A DNA stretch of 64,000 nucleotides from a bacterium. Its GTDB lineage: Bacteria > UBA8248 > JACPRG01 > G963555815. Location: the NCBI GenBank assembly GCA_965261595.1, contig CBDHDG010000006.1, positions 1,312,001 through 1,376,000 on the forward strand. Direction: 5' to 3'. The notes under the pieces are model-generated. The model saw only the letters and a program-made list of their open reading frames with translations. It was not told the origin of the DNA and did no database searches. A program made the translations under genes and the position numbers. This document shows, one piece after another, positions 27,240-38,896 of the stretch. Numbering within the stretch: position 1 is the stretch's first letter; every line of letters starts with the position of its first letter.

Positions 27240-27623
27240 ATGAGCAAAAACGAGCAAATCGGCGCCGAAATCGGCGCGACTCCAGACGAAAAACAGACCG
27301 ACACGCGCACGCCGCGGGCGATCCGGTTCTCGGATTCCGAGTGGAAACGGGTCAAGACAGCCGCTGCGGAGTATGATCTTTCAGTGGCTGAGTTCGTGCG
27401 CGACGCCGCCTTGGCTTTCGCCGGAGGCAGAACCGGCGCGGAGTCCGCCGCGATGCCGGCCGGGGTCGTCGGGCTGATCGAGCGCATCTATCGAGGCGTT
27501 TACCTTCTTTCGACGCTGAAGCGGGACGAAATGATCCGCGAAGGACGCCAAGATGAGCTCGACCGGATCAGAAAGGACGCCCGCGACTCCCAGGCATCGT
27601 TGCTCGACGGCACCTCGGAATGA
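27240..27623 (+). CDS. Ribbon-helix-helix (CopG/MobC-like) protein
   Basis: PRAIRFSDSEWKRVKTAAAEYDLSVAEFVRDAAL. Confidence 0.8.
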   Translation: MSKNEQIGAEIGATPDEKQTDTRTPRAIRFSDSEWKRVKTAAAEYDLSVAEFVRDAALAFAGGRTGAESAAMPAGVVGLIERIYRGVYLLSTLKRDEMIREGRQDELDRIRKDARDSQASLLDGTSE

Positions 27624-27976
27624 AGCTTCCATTGTCGGTCTCGCGCGACCTGCCTCACCCATTCTGTCGGCACCAGCCCCTGCCGCCGCCCACAATCCCA
27701 CGCCCGGCTGTTGCCATACGCCGGTTCGGCGAATGGATTTTCGCCCTCCATGAGCATATACAACCGGGAAGTCATTCAAGAATCCGTAGATGAGTTTCTC
27801 GGTTTCTACCGAATTCATCAACCATGTGCGCCTTGCCGCAGCCATCGACACCCTTCAAGACAAGAGGGGAGATTGATGATATGGAAGAAAATTAGACGCC
27901 GATACGCGAGGCGTCGGGCATCCGTCATCGTGGCGGACTTGTTCCACGGGCTCGCTGGACGGTAGAGCGTACCGAC

Positions 27977-28767
27977 ATGCCAATCTGCTACCTTTGCGGG
28001 CAACCCGTCGATAGTTCCCTACGCACCGGAGACCATGCTATCCCGCGCACCTTGCTCGATAACAAGAAGCCGAAAGTGCGAGGATTCGACTATGGAGGCA
28101 AGCTCGATACACATGCCGAGTGCAACAATCGGTTTGGAGAAGAGACGTTCGTGCGGAAGGCTCTCGACCTGTTGGGCGCCCTCCATGACCCCGATACAAC
28201 GCTGAAGCGGTCGCTTCCCAATAACCCATCCATCCGATTCCTGGCGCTTAACGCAGAAAAACTTCCACGTTTCGGAAAGAGAGACTTTCTGTTTTTCTGC
28301 ATTCATGACGCCAAAGGCGACGACGTTGCGAATTTTCGGACCGAGGGTACTTTGAGAACAAGCCGCGCGTCGATCCTGTGAAACGACCGCTCTTCACAGC
28401 GCTCTCGGTACTTGCAAAAAGCGCAGCCACACTTCTAGTAGACCGAAAGCTGGAAACTCTGCCGTGCCGCTGGAACATAGTTGCGATTCCTTACGTCGAC
28501 GACTTTACTCAGGCGGATTTTGCCACTGTTTTCGGAGACACGAAGCCTTTTGGCCCCGGCGTGCGGGTCTGGACCAAGGAAGTCGAGCCCGATCTGTGGC
28601 TCTCCCTGTACGTTACCAGGACCGCGATGGTGTACTTCTTCTTTATCTTGGACGACGAATCGAAGGCAATCGAAGCGATTCGGAGCAAATTCCAGGATGC
28701 ACAGTGCTTCCAATTCCAGGGAAGTTCTCTTATGTATCTGGTAGGCTATAATTGGAGAATTGTTTGA
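27977..28767 (+). pseudogene. HNH-type endonuclease-like protein, frameshifted near 28345
   Basis: CYLCG...DHAIP...HAECNNRF. Continues in the 28378-28767 frame. Confidence 0.7.
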
Positions 28768-28963
28768 GAAGCGCGTCAAGACGTACTGCCCGGAACATTG
28801 CGCGTCCCAGATGCCGGCGGTGGAGCGGAATCAATCCATCTCATCTAATGACCTGCCTCCTTCTAGAATCCAGGAATACTCATTTATCAACTGGACTCGC
28901 TTGAAGGGGGCAGGTCAGTTGCCGTCGCCCCATAGCTTGCCGCGGAATGGTTGGGGACCGCGT

Positions 28964-29401
28964 CTACCGCCGCTGATATATCCCGACGCAGGCCGAATCC
29001 GACATTCGAAACACCGCATCCTGCTTGAACCGAGTCTGGTACTCGGCAGAAATCTCGTCAACAAGTTTCATGCTCTGGTTCGCGTCGGACGCGACCGCGC
29101 CGATCACGACCTTGACCGGCTCCCGCTGCAGGGTGCCCGACGGAGCTAGCCACTGTCCCTGTCCGTCCAGGACGGTCAGGCCCGCCCGGAAGCGTGGAGT
29201 GATGGTATCAGCGAGGAACCGCTGCCACTCATCCTCGGTGACGATTTCGCCGGCGGCATCAGTCAGCCCGAAGAAGATCCGGAATTCGGTTACCGGCTTC
29301 AGTCCCTTCGGACATTCCCGGCCGGTACCGGCCGAACCGGCCGTTCCCCCCATCGCAAGGATGAGAAGGGCAGACAACCAAACCCTGACATTCACCATCA
29401 T
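28964..29401 (-). CDS. DUF3574 family exported protein
   Basis: Signal peptide. FFGL...VTEDEWQRFLADTITPRF.AGLTVLDGQGQW...FKQDAV. Confidence 0.9.
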   Translation of the reverse strand: MMVNVRVWLSALLILAMGGTAGSAGTGRECPKGLKPVTEFRIFFGLTDAAGEIVTEDEWQRFLADTITPRFRAGLTVLDGQGQWLAPSGTLQREPVKVVIGAVASDANQSMKLVDEISAEYQTRFKQDAVFRMSDSACVGIYQRR

Positions 29402-29491
29402 GTATTTCGTCCCCCTTGGTTGGAGTCGTCAAAAATCGCATTCTACCAGAAATCTGGCGGTTCCACGTGCTTGGCTGGTCAACGTCAACTA

Positions 29492-29987
29492 TGTTTTCCG
29501 TTGGCGACAATTAAAAGTTCCGTTTTGGAGCTCTGGACGCAGGGTCTGAGAATTTGAATGCTCCTGTTGTTGTTGGGCCAGTGGGTATGTGGGGAACGGC
29601 ATAGCAGGTGTCCACCCATCCACAGGCTGTACGACTCGAGAGAGAACATCTCGTGTCCCCTGCGGTCTCCACCGGATCGCGCGCACAGGGCATCGGCGAC
29701 GGCCAGACGCCGCGGGCGTTGCGGTCTTCACTCGTCCCGTCGTGCGGTCAAGACGCATCGGGCTTGGCGTCCTTCTTGCCGCGTCCGGACCGGGTGCGCT
29801 GGTGCGCCGCCTCGGCTCGATAGCTCTTGACGTTGAGTTCGAGGATCACCGAGTGGTGTACGACCCGGTCGATCGTGGCGGCGGTGGTCATCGGGTCCTG
29901 GACGATCTGGTCCCACTTTGAGAACAGCAGGTTGGAGGTGATCGCGCCGCTGCGCCGCTCGTAACGTTCGACGAGCAGAGAACACAA
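29492..29987 (-). mobile_element. istB: IS21 remnant (istB 3' part and right end)
   Basis: ERYERRS.AITSNL.FSKW...TAATIDRVVHHS. Terminal TGTTTTCCGTTGGCGACAATTA. Confidence 0.85.
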
Positions 29988-30170
29988 ATCCCATGGAAGG
30001 CACTTCGCCGAGACGAAGGGCGGTCAATGCTTGGGTCATCCTCGCGACTGCGGTGTCCAGCGTATGTGCCGCTCTCATACGAGACCAGCGATGGCTACTG
30101 ATTCTCTACAGTAACTCCACGTCTCACGATATGATCGCACCGCCTCGTGCCAATAGCTGGAGATGATACG

Positions 30171-30668
30171 ATGGAATTGTTTCTTATCGTATTCGTCATT
30201 TCGTTGGGTGCCTACACCGTAAGGTGCGTGTTGCGGACCCGACAGGACGATCGCACAGCGGCCAATATCGAGAAGCGGATCCGTCGCATGGATCGCTTCG
30301 AACCGGCGGATGTCTATGTCAGCCCTGACAATTTTGCAGGCATCGCGATTGATGTGGGTCGTCAAGAACTTCTGCTGGCAGACGAAAGCGGGCTACGGCG
30401 ATTCACGGCGTCATCAATCGTCTCGTGCGAGATTCTTGAGGACGAAATTCAGCTTGATAACGTGAGCATGGTGGTTCTGTGTTTGTGACCGACGATTTCG
30501 ACAAGCCGAAGCATGACATAGTGCTTGCTTGATTGGAGCTTCCGCAGAAAGGGCCTGAGACGAGACAATGCGCTCTACCGTGAGGCTCGGCAAATAGCGG
30601 AGTTATGGCACAGCAGAGTCATGGCGATGATGAAGGCTGACGAGCCACGCGCGGGGGGCACGGCTTGA
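30171..30668 (+). pseudogene. Membrane-anchored hypothetical protein, degraded
   Basis: GGAG RBS, N-terminal TM, frame breaks after about 30460. Confidence 0.45.
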
Positions 30669-30822
30669 AGTAAACGTCTCGACCGTGGAATCGGCAGCGA
30701 AACACGGGCTCGCAACGCATGAGCAGTTCGACGGCTGGCACCGCATGCTCGACGCGTGGAAGGACACCCCCGGTTCGCTTGCCGCTTTGGCCTTTGGAGA
30801 GGCGATAGGACGCAAACCGTAG

Positions 30823-31010
30823 TGGAGCCGACCAGTTTTCGGCGTACACCTTCACACACCGTGCGCGGGAGGAGGTGTCAGATGTCGAACACCCATCCGC
30901 CCTACGCGCCGGCGTCAGATGGTCGAGTTGGTTCGAGCGGGGCGGACGCCCGGAGAGCCGGCTCGCGCGTTTGAATGCTCCGCTTCGTCGATTCGCAACT
31001 GGGAGCGACA
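30823..31010 (+). mobile_element. Degraded IS3 left end/orfA related to the IS at 32313
   Basis: GGGAGGAGGTGTCAGATG...MVELVRAGRTPGE matches orfA at 32368. Confidence 0.8.
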
Positions 31011-31040
31011 GTCCAAACATGTCCACCAAAATGGATCAAT

Positions 31041-31198
31041 CCAGTACTTCCCGAAGGGGACTGACCTATCCCTCCACGCCCAGGACGAGCTCGACGCCGT
31101 TGCTCGAGAGTTCAACTCCCGCCCTCGACAAACGCTCGGCTGGATGAAACCATGTGAGGTCTTCGCCAAGTCCGTTGCGTTGACCGCTTGAGACCGCC
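31041..31198 (+). mobile_element. IS30 transposase 3' remnant and right end
   Basis: QYFPKGTDLS...NSRPRQTLGWMKP..VALTA-stop, TGAGACCGCC end. Confidence 0.88.
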
Positions 31199-31220
31199 CC
31201 CGCTTCAGTGGACACCTTCA

Positions 31221-32312
31221 TTACTGAAGGAAAAACCTAACCGGGACGAGGAATTCGATCCGGCTTTCGCGCATCTCAAGGGGTATCTTCGGTAGCGGCT
31301 GCGCCCGCTAGATCATCTTCCTTGCCTCCTCATCCAAACGCGAGTGACCCGAACTCTTTTCAATGCCGAAGGCGCTCACCTCGCCTCTGCGCGTCACCAC
31401 GAAGCGTAGAAGGACGACACCTTGCTCGCCGCGAAGCCTCGCGCGGCGCGGGTAGCGCTTGTGTTTCTCCAGCCATGCCTGGAGCCGTGTGTAGTACCCG
31501 GCCGCTGCTTCCGGCGCGCCGCCGTGGGGGGCGTATTCGCCGCTGCCAGCGTCGATTCGCGCAAGGGCTCCGATCCTGCCCCCGGCGCTTAGCATCGTCG
31601 GTGCCAGTGTGGCGACCTGTTCCACAATTGGGCGATCGTTTTTCGCCGCAGTCGGCCCAGGCTGTTGGTGCGCCGTATCGGTGAGCATTGGCGCCGATGC
31701 CGGCTTGGTCTGGGCCCGGGTGGACTCTGGCCGCGTGGGCAGTTCGGGCTGCGGCCTCGGTGTCGGCGGAACAACGATCTGGCGCGCCGTAACCTCTTCG
31801 CGCGGCTTTGCATAGACGAATTCCGTGCGCGGCGGCGGGGTGACCGTCTGGGTGAACGTTACCTTGCGGATCACCTGTTGTTCCTTCGTATTCGCGTCCG
31901 CAGCTTCGCAATTCTGCGACCGTCATCAAGAGTTGTACTTGCCGAGCGATCGTCACCGCCGACACGGTCTCGATCAACTCGGCAGGCACAGTTCGGTCCG
32001 GCTCAGCCAACACCGCCGTCAGCGGCCCGGCCTCGGGCGCGTTCGCGGCCGCTACATCTGCGGGTGTCTCGCTCAATGCCTCATCCGGCGCGACGGTCTG
32101 AGTTTCCGCTGGCCTGCGCACCGTCACGGCCGAGGCGGACTCGACCGACACGGCGGGCGCAGTCCGGACCGGCTCAGCCGACACCGCTGTCAGCGGCCTG
32201 GCCTCGTGCATGCGTGCGGCCGCTACATCTGCGGGTGTCTCGCTCAATGGCTCATCCGGCGCAACGGGCTGGGTTTCCACTGGCCTGCGCACCGTCACGG
32301 CCGAGGCGGACT
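31221..32312 (-). pseudogene. tonB: TonB-family energy transducer, truncated by IS3, with frameshift and internal TAG
   Basis: KRYPRRARLRGEQGVVLLRFVV...SSGHSRLDEEARKMI*RAQPLP...VPVRF. Confidence 0.85.
31960..32312. repeat. 171-bp (57-codon) tandem repeat in TonB linker
   Basis: GCTACATCTGCGGGTGTCTCGCTCAATG at 32051 and 32222. Confidence 0.85.
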
Positions 32313-32367
32313 TGGAGTTACCCCGTTTCAGTGGACACCTTCAGACTGTGGGGAGGAGGTGTTCAGA

Positions 32368-32681
32368 TGCCGAAAACTCATTCACCCTACGCGCCGGAGT
32401 ACCGGCGCCAGATGGTTGAGCTGGTTCGCTCGGGCCGTACGCCCGGGGAGCTGGCCCGGGAGTTCGAGTGTTCCGCTTCGGCGATTCGCAACTGGGTGCG
32501 CCAGGCCGACCGCGACGAGGGCCGTCGTGAGGACGGTCTGACAAGCTCAGAGCTCGAGGAGCTACGGCGGCTTCGTCGGGACAATCGTCAGCTTCACGAA
32601 GAACGCGAGATACTGGCAAAAGCTACGGCTTGGTTCGCTCGGGAGACCGGCTCGGTCCGGGCGAAGTCCTCGAGCTCGTGA
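32368..32681 (+). CDS. IS3 OrfA
   Basis: MPKTHSPYAPEYRRQMVELVRSG...EREILAKA. Confidence 0.9.
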
Positions 32682-33718
32682 AGGCGAATCAGGCCCATCA
32701 TCGGGTGGCCACGATGTGCCGGGTGCTGGGCGTCTCCCCCAGCGGGTACTACGCGTGGCGAGGCCGTGGGCGTTCTCCTCGTGCGAAGCGCGACGAGGTG
32801 TTGGGGGGCACGATACGGGCCATCCACGAGGCATCTGGTGGCACCTACGGGGCGCCTCGGGTTCATGCCGAGCTGATGGCCGGCGGCTGCCGGGTGAGCC
32901 GCAATCGGGTGGCTCGTCTGATGCGCGAGGCAGGGTTGGCCGGGGTGAGCCGACGCCGAGGCATGCGCACTACGCGCGTGGACCAGAGCCATTGTGTGGT
33001 CCCGGACCGGGTCGAACGCCAGTTCCAGGCCGATGGGCCGGACCGAATCTGGGTGGCCGACATCACCTACGTGCCGACCTGGGCGGGGTTCGTGTACCTG
33101 GCCATCGTGCTCGACGTGTTCAGCCGCCGGGTGGTGGGATGGTCCATGGCCCATCATCTTCGCACCGAACTGGTGCTCGGGGCGCTGAACATGGCGTTGG
33201 GACAGCGCCGCCCCCAAGGGGTCGTACATCACTCCGACCAGGGCTCGCAGTACACCTCGCTTGCCTTTGGGAAGCGGTGCCGGGAGATGGGGGTGGTTCC
33301 GTCGACCGGGTCGGCCGGGGATTGCTTCGACAACGCCATGGCCGAGAGCTTGTTCGCCACGCTGGAGTGCGAGCTCATCGACCGGCGTTCGTTCCGTACC
33401 CAGGCCGAAGCGCGCATGGCGATCTTCCAATTCATCGAAGGCTGGTACAACCCACGCCGTCGTCATTCGGCCCTGGGTTACCTCAGCCCCAACGACTTCG
33501 AACGCGCCGTGGCGAAGGAAACGCCACGTGCAGTGCGCAACGCTCATCGTCCGGCTCGAGCCGTCCCCGGTGCTTCCCGGAGCAGCGAGCCAAAGGTCAA
33601 GACATACCCCCCGGGGGCACCCTATCCATCGGATAGGGAGAAGACTTTACGTCCACCGGCTGTCGCCCACCTCAGGGCTGAGGACGACAGCCCTAAACTG
33701 TCCACTGAAACGGGGTAA
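32678..33718 (+). CDS. IS3 OrfB transposase
   Basis: YGAPRVHAEL, WVADITY, HHSDQGSQY, DNAMAES, WYNPRRRHSALGYLSP. Confidence 0.93.
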   Translation: MKANQAHHRVATMCRVLGVSPSGYYAWRGRGRSPRAKRDEVLGGTIRAIHEASGGTYGAPRVHAELMAGGCRVSRNRVARLMREAGLAGVSRRRGMRTTRVDQSHCVVPDRVERQFQADGPDRIWVADITYVPTWAGFVYLAIVLDVFSRRVVGWSMAHHLRTELVLGALNMALGQRRPQGVVHHSDQGSQYTSLAFGKRCREMGVVPSTGSAGDCFDNAMAESLFATLECELIDRRSFRTQAEARMAIFQFIEGWYNPRRRHSALGYLSPNDFERAVAKETPRAVRNAHRPARAVPGASRSSEPKVKTYPPGAPYPSDREKTLRPPAVAHLRAEDDSPKLSTETG

Positions 33719-33723
33719 CTCCA

Positions 33724-34673
33724 CCCGAGGGCCGGGCTCGTCTTCGCGCCCTGAGCCTTTGGCGGGAGAGCGGGAATGCGAAATGGGTTTGCAGCACATT
33801 TGGGGTGAGCCGGGCCACGCTGTACCGCTGGGGGAAGCGGTTTGACCCCCGAGACCTGCCGACCCTGCAGGAGCGCCCGCGCCGGCCGCGCCGGGTGAGG
33901 CCGCCCACGTGGTCGCCAGAGCTGGTGAAGGCGGTCTTGCAGCTTCGGGAGCAGTGCCCCCGGTGGGGAAAGGCCAAGCTGGCGGTCCTGCTTCGACGCG
34001 AGGGGTTGGTGACCTCGGTCTCGACGGTGGGCCGCATCCTGGCCGATCTCAAGCGCCGGCGACTGCTGGTCGAGCCGAGGGGCAAGGTGGTGAGCGCGAA
34101 GCGGCGTCGGGCTCGGCGGCCTTACGCCACGCGCAAGCCCAAGGGCTATGTGCCCGGCCTTCCCGGAGACTTGGTCCAGGTGGACACCCTCGAGCTTTCC
34201 CCCCTTGCCGGGGTGAGGTTGAAGCAATTCACCGCCCGGGACATGGTCTCGCGCTGGGACGTGATGGAGGTCTTCTCGTGCGCCACGGCCCTTTGCGCCC
34301 GGCGGTTTTTGGACACCCTTCAGGCGCGCGCTCCGTTCCCGCTGCGGGCGATTCAGGTGGACGGGGGCTCGGAGTTCCGGGCGGTGTTCGAGGCGCGTGC
34401 GCGGAGCGGGAGATTTTGCTCTTTGAGCTGCCGCCCCGCTCGCCCAAGCTCAACGGCCGTGTGGAGCGAGCCAACAGGACCCATACGGAGGAGTTCTACG
34501 AGGTGTACGAACTCCCCTGGACGGTGGCCTCGCTCAACGTCCGCCTTCGCGAGTGGGAGCAAGTCCATAACCACATTCGACCCCACTGGGCCCTGGACTA
34601 CCTGACGCCCGCCCAGGTCCTGGAGACATTCAAAAAAACGGCCCCGGTGTCTCATATGCCTTGAACCCATACA
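33724..34673 (+). mobile_element. IS481-like element, 5'-truncated by IS3, frameshift near 34395
   Basis: Near-identical to 45151-46239. Right end TGTCTCATATGCCTTGAACCCATACA. Confidence 0.88.
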
Positions 34674-34751
34674 AGCCCTAGACCCGCGCAGACCCGGCCT
34701 GTACACTCCGGCCAGGCGTTCCCGAAAACCCGATCGTTCCGAGACGCAGGC

Positions 34752-35395
34752 ATGAAGGTCTCTGAGAAATCTCTTGAACTCAACGTCGGCGCGGAATTGC
34801 TCACCCGGATGCGCGGTCCGTTGAACATGCCGAAGGCGTACTTGCGCGGCCTCACGCAGCGGGAGGAACACAGGACCGTAGTGGACTTCTTCGCTCGGCT
34901 GCCGGACGGCACCCGAATATTTGCGTTTCAGTTCAAGGCCCCCAGAGGCCCCTCGGAGACCTGCCTTACACATTCACCCTCGGCCGAGACCAGCACAGCT
35001 CGCTGCACAACCTCGCCGTACAGGATCCCGGCGCGGTCTACTATGTCTTCCCTTTCTATGTTTCCACGCACAAACTGGTGCGAGACGTTCCCAACCTGGC
35101 TCGCGACACGTGGTTGCTTCCCGCCGCTCCCTTGGACGGTCCCACCGTATTCGCCGGTCAGAAGACAAAGCGCGTGCAATGCTACCCCGGCACAGCCGTC
35201 GTGAATCCCGACTACCCAATGAAGAACCTCGCCGAGCTTGCGCTGTCCTGGGAGGACGGGATCCGACCCGACCGGTTCGCAGACTGGTATCGCGAACCGC
35301 GCCACCACGCATCCGAGCTCGTGGACCGCCCACCCCGGATGAACCCGCACATCGTCCGTGGCTTGAGGGTAATGATCGTTGCACGCCGCGATTAG
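34752..35395 (+). pseudogene. Putative PD-(D/E)XK nuclease, frameshift near 34960
   Basis: SEKSLE...TQREE..VD...FQFK, continued by QHSSL...VYYVFP in the next frame. Confidence 0.55.
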
Positions 35396-35425
35396 TTTCC
35401 CGCATCCAGCTACGGCAGACAGAAC

Positions 35426-36199
35426 ATGACTATCTCGGCACGTAGCCGCAAGCTGCTGTGGGGACACTCTGGCAGTCGGTGCGCCATGTGCCGGCGCGAG
35501 CTGATCATGGCCGGTACACCCGTCGACGACGAATCGATCGTCGGCGACGAATGTCACATCGTATCCGCGGTCTCCAGCAGTCTCCGCCACGATCCCGAAT
35601 TCCCCCGCGAGAAGCTGAACGACCACGCCAACTTGCTGCTGCTATGCAAAGTTCACCACAAGCTGATCGACGACCAGCAGTCGGAATACACCGCGTCTCA
35701 CCTTGCCAAGATAAAGACCGATCACGAGAAGTGGGTTTCCGAACAATTAGATTCGTCCCGCTCACGAACACGACCTTTGCGCGTCCGCCGGGTTGCGGAA
35801 AACACGCCTGCGTTCCTCCGGCGCATCCGACTCGGGCAAGGAACTCCTCGACATCGTCACGAACGCCTGTGCTTTCGCTCCTCACTACGACGACCTCCGC
35901 AATGAAGCCGAAGACGAACTCGTTGCCGGTTTCCTCCAGGATGCCCAGGATTGGGGTGAGCTGGGACTGGAATCCGTGCGCGACGAATGCGCGCGGCCCG
36001 TTCCCTCGACGAGCACATCGAAGAACTCGAACGAGAGGGATTCTGGGTCCTCGGATGTCGTGAGGAACAGATCCTCGAAGGCGGAACCGGTCCCGACACC
36101 GACTGGCCCATCGCGCACATTCAGGTGCTGCGCGACACCAATCCCGAGATCATTGTCCTCGGCGAATCCTTGAAGAAGGACGAGGCGGATGCGCCATGA
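35426..36199 (+). pseudogene. HNH endonuclease with C-terminal extension, two frameshifts
   Basis: KLLWGHSGSRCAMC, ECHIVS, NLLLLCKVHHKLIDD. Confidence 0.8.
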
Positions 36200-36446
36200 G
36201 CCGGTCCTGCCGACGCGGTGCAATCCCATCTCTGAGATCCACGACATCCATTGAAAAGCGCCCTGGCCATTTCATACCAACCGGGCCCCGAACCACGCTT
36301 CAGTTTCCCGAATCTATGTCGCAAGCGCGAAGGCCGGCAGGCGGCCTTCAACTCACGTAACACCTTGCGCGCACGGGGGCACGTGCAGCGACTCATCGTT
36401 CAAGTTCGTGCCGTCCACGCAATCCGATCCGCAATCCTCGCATCAC

Positions 36447-37310
36447 TCACGTTTCCTTGTTTCTTACCTTGTCTAAGCCTCGAGAAATCTCCAGCCAAAC
36501 CTGCTTCCTCACATCCTGCACCGCGTCCTTCATCTCTCCCTTGTGCATCCTTTCCAGAATCTTCGCGTTCGCCACCGCCCGCAGCTCGTTCGCGGACTTC
36601 TCGAGGGCATGCGCTACGAGCTCATTGACGTATTCCTGCTTGATTGCAAAGCCGTAATCATCGGCAACCAGACTCGTCGCCTGCATGACTCCAAGCAAAC
36701 GATACTTGTCGTCGTAGGACACGAACACCGGCCCGCCGCTGTTGCCTTCCAGCACCGTTCCGTCGATCGCGATCAGACCTTTTACATCGCAATCCAGCTC
36801 AGGAATCGACGCGATCGATCCCTTGCGCATCAACGCTAACCCGTTCTGCGCGTCCTTCATTCCATTCGGATAGCCGGCATACAACACGTCGCTCCCGACG
36901 CCGAATCTCTCGTAATCCAGCTTTTCCAGAAAGCCACTCGCCAGTACCGGAACATCATGGCCCGCCGTGCCCATCCCCCTCAAATCCAGACAGGCCAAGT
37001 CTATGCTCTCGTCCCTGTACCCGGTATAGCGGTGTACCGCGCGATCGATCCCTATCCAGTCCTGCTGCCCGTACAGTACCTTCCCGTTCCCGTCTTTCCT
37101 GTTAAGCGAAATGCCTTGCGTTCCCACGCCCTGGGCAAGCACGTGCTTGTTCGAAATCAATAGCAGACAGTCTATCGTCGGTCCTTCTTCAAGGCGTCCA
37201 GATACCTGCACAAAAAAACCCGTTCCCGTCCATTGCGTTTCCTCGTCCAGCTCCACGGACATTTCGATAGCAACCCGCGTCGCGTGATGATTGAAATACT
37301 CTCGTGCCAT
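36447..37310 (-). CDS. Trypsin-like serine protease
   Basis: GTGFFV, SNKHVL, DLA, GYP, GNSGGPVF catalytic triad motifs. Confidence 0.9.
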   Translation of the reverse strand: MAREYFNHHATRVAIEMSVELDEETQWTGTGFFVQVSGRLEEGPTIDCLLLISNKHVLAQGVGTQGISLNRKDGNGKVLYGQQDWIGIDRAVHRYTGYRDESIDLACLDLRGMGTAGHDVPVLASGFLEKLDYERFGVGSDVLYAGYPNGMKDAQNGLALMRKGSIASIPELDCDVKGLIAIDGTVLEGNSGGPVFVSYDDKYRLLGVMQATSLVADDYGFAIKQEYVNELVAHALEKSANELRAVANAKILERMHKGEMKDAVQDVRKQVWLEISRGLDKVRNKET

Positions 37311-37533
37311 GCTTCCCTACGCTCCTTCCCCGGTCTCGACTGCGCCTCTGTTTCCTATACTCCAGGGCGTGCATTTTGACACAGATCCCCGTTGCCGAAG
37401 AGCTCCGGTCGACGCGTTCCCAGACAACGCACTCGACAAGACCCGACAAGGAAGCTCTCCCTGCAAAACCCCTGTCCGGTCACTGCAACGCGCGCCAGAC
37501 TCCGGCGCGCGGCAAGCGAAAACCCCCCTAAGA

Positions 37534-37681
37534 TCACGCGGCGGCCGAAAGCTCCGGAAGAAAGTCCAGGTTGGCCGCAAGGCTGTCCGAGACCCGCTCG
37601 CCGGCCGCCTTGACCGAATCCCGCGCAAGATGAGCGTAGCGGGCGGTCGTCTGGGTCTTACGGTGCCCGAGCAGCTTGCCG
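37534..37681 (-). pseudogene. Tyrosine integrase C-terminal remnant
   Basis: GKLLGHRKTQTTARYAHLARDSVKAA...stop. Confidence 0.85.
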
Positions 37682-38336
37682 AGTAGCATTGGACGATCTC
37701 CCCTTCGGGAGTGTCAAAAGTATTTTCTCATTCTATATCAATGCGTTACAATTCCCGTGCTCGCTTCGACCGCTTGTCCGTTTTGAGCCGGGTACCGTAT
37801 GGGTACCTTTTCAATTCCAAATTTCGTCTGTTCGTGGCGGCTTTTGCGCCATTTCAGCTCCCGTCTTTCTTCCGCCATCTTGTATCTGTCCCGTCGCTCT
37901 GCGAAATCGTCCAGCCAGCCGGAGAGGTCAGTCCGCCCCGTCGACCCGATTCCCCCAACACGGGGGCATTCACTACGTTCGCCTGTCCGGGCCATTGCGG
38001 CCTAGTGGAACGCACACCTCTTTCCGCACCCCCGGAGTTGGGCGTTTTCAGGCGCCCGTCGTCTTGCACTCCGTCATCGCATCCGAAAACCGCGTTTGCA
38101 GCCTGCCCCCATTGGGGCGTATTCACCCTGAAGCAGGCTGGCCCGATTCTGGTACGCTGCGTTGCAGTCGGCGAGCCCATCATCGGATTCCCCCTACCTT
38201 CCCCCGGTCCCTGGCCGTTCGCTGCCGAGCGACACCGCGACTGGCATGCCATTCTAGTCGCCTCGTCGCTGTGCTGAAATACGATCCAATGCTCTGCGCG
38301 GCTGTCGTTCCATCGCAACCGGCAATTCCCGTCCTG

Positions 38337-38600
38337 TCATCCCCGCGATTCCAGCGGCTCCGTCAGCGCGATATCGTAGTCGTCCAGAGCGTCCAGGAAA
38401 TCGACATGGCGGACAAGGTCGGCGATGTCGAGCACCGCAAGCCCGCTGAAGGCACGGACGAACATGGCCAGACAGGTGCGACCGATGAACCGCGACGGGA
38501 ACAGGAACCCGTCCGCCTCCGGCAGGTTGGCATGGACCGTTGCCGACAAGGCGCGGCCTGCCGCATGGCTACCTCTGTTGTCTTCGCGCGTCCGTACATA
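38337..38600 (-). pseudogene. RES-domain protein C-terminal remnant
   Basis: HAAGRALSATVH...ADGFLFPSRF.GRTCLAMF.RA. Confidence 0.65.
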
Positions 38601-38896
38601 GTCGCAGGGCTGCGCAATCCCATGTTCTGCCGTTGGACTCGAACACCGTGGCATCGATGTCGGCCGGAAACGGCTTGTCCCACCGCCCTGAGCGTATTCC
38701 TTCTGAGGTGAAATCTATACCTAGTTGTAATATCAAAGGAAATTCTGCATCGACTACGTCGTTCTCCAAGGTTTCGCGAGATCCGTCATCAAACCAAATA
38801 CAGATTTTTTCAACAATCTGACTGCATTTGGCTCCGATTGGCGCCGTTTGGCGATACCGGACCGAGCCGCGGGTAATCGTTCGGCCAAGCCGGGGG

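Larger units (their letters stand above)
32313..33723 (+). mobile_element. IS3-family element, copy 1
   Basis: Perfect 25-bp IRs TGGAGTTACCCCGTTTCAGTGGACA, orfA and orfB, no target duplication. Confidence 0.95.
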
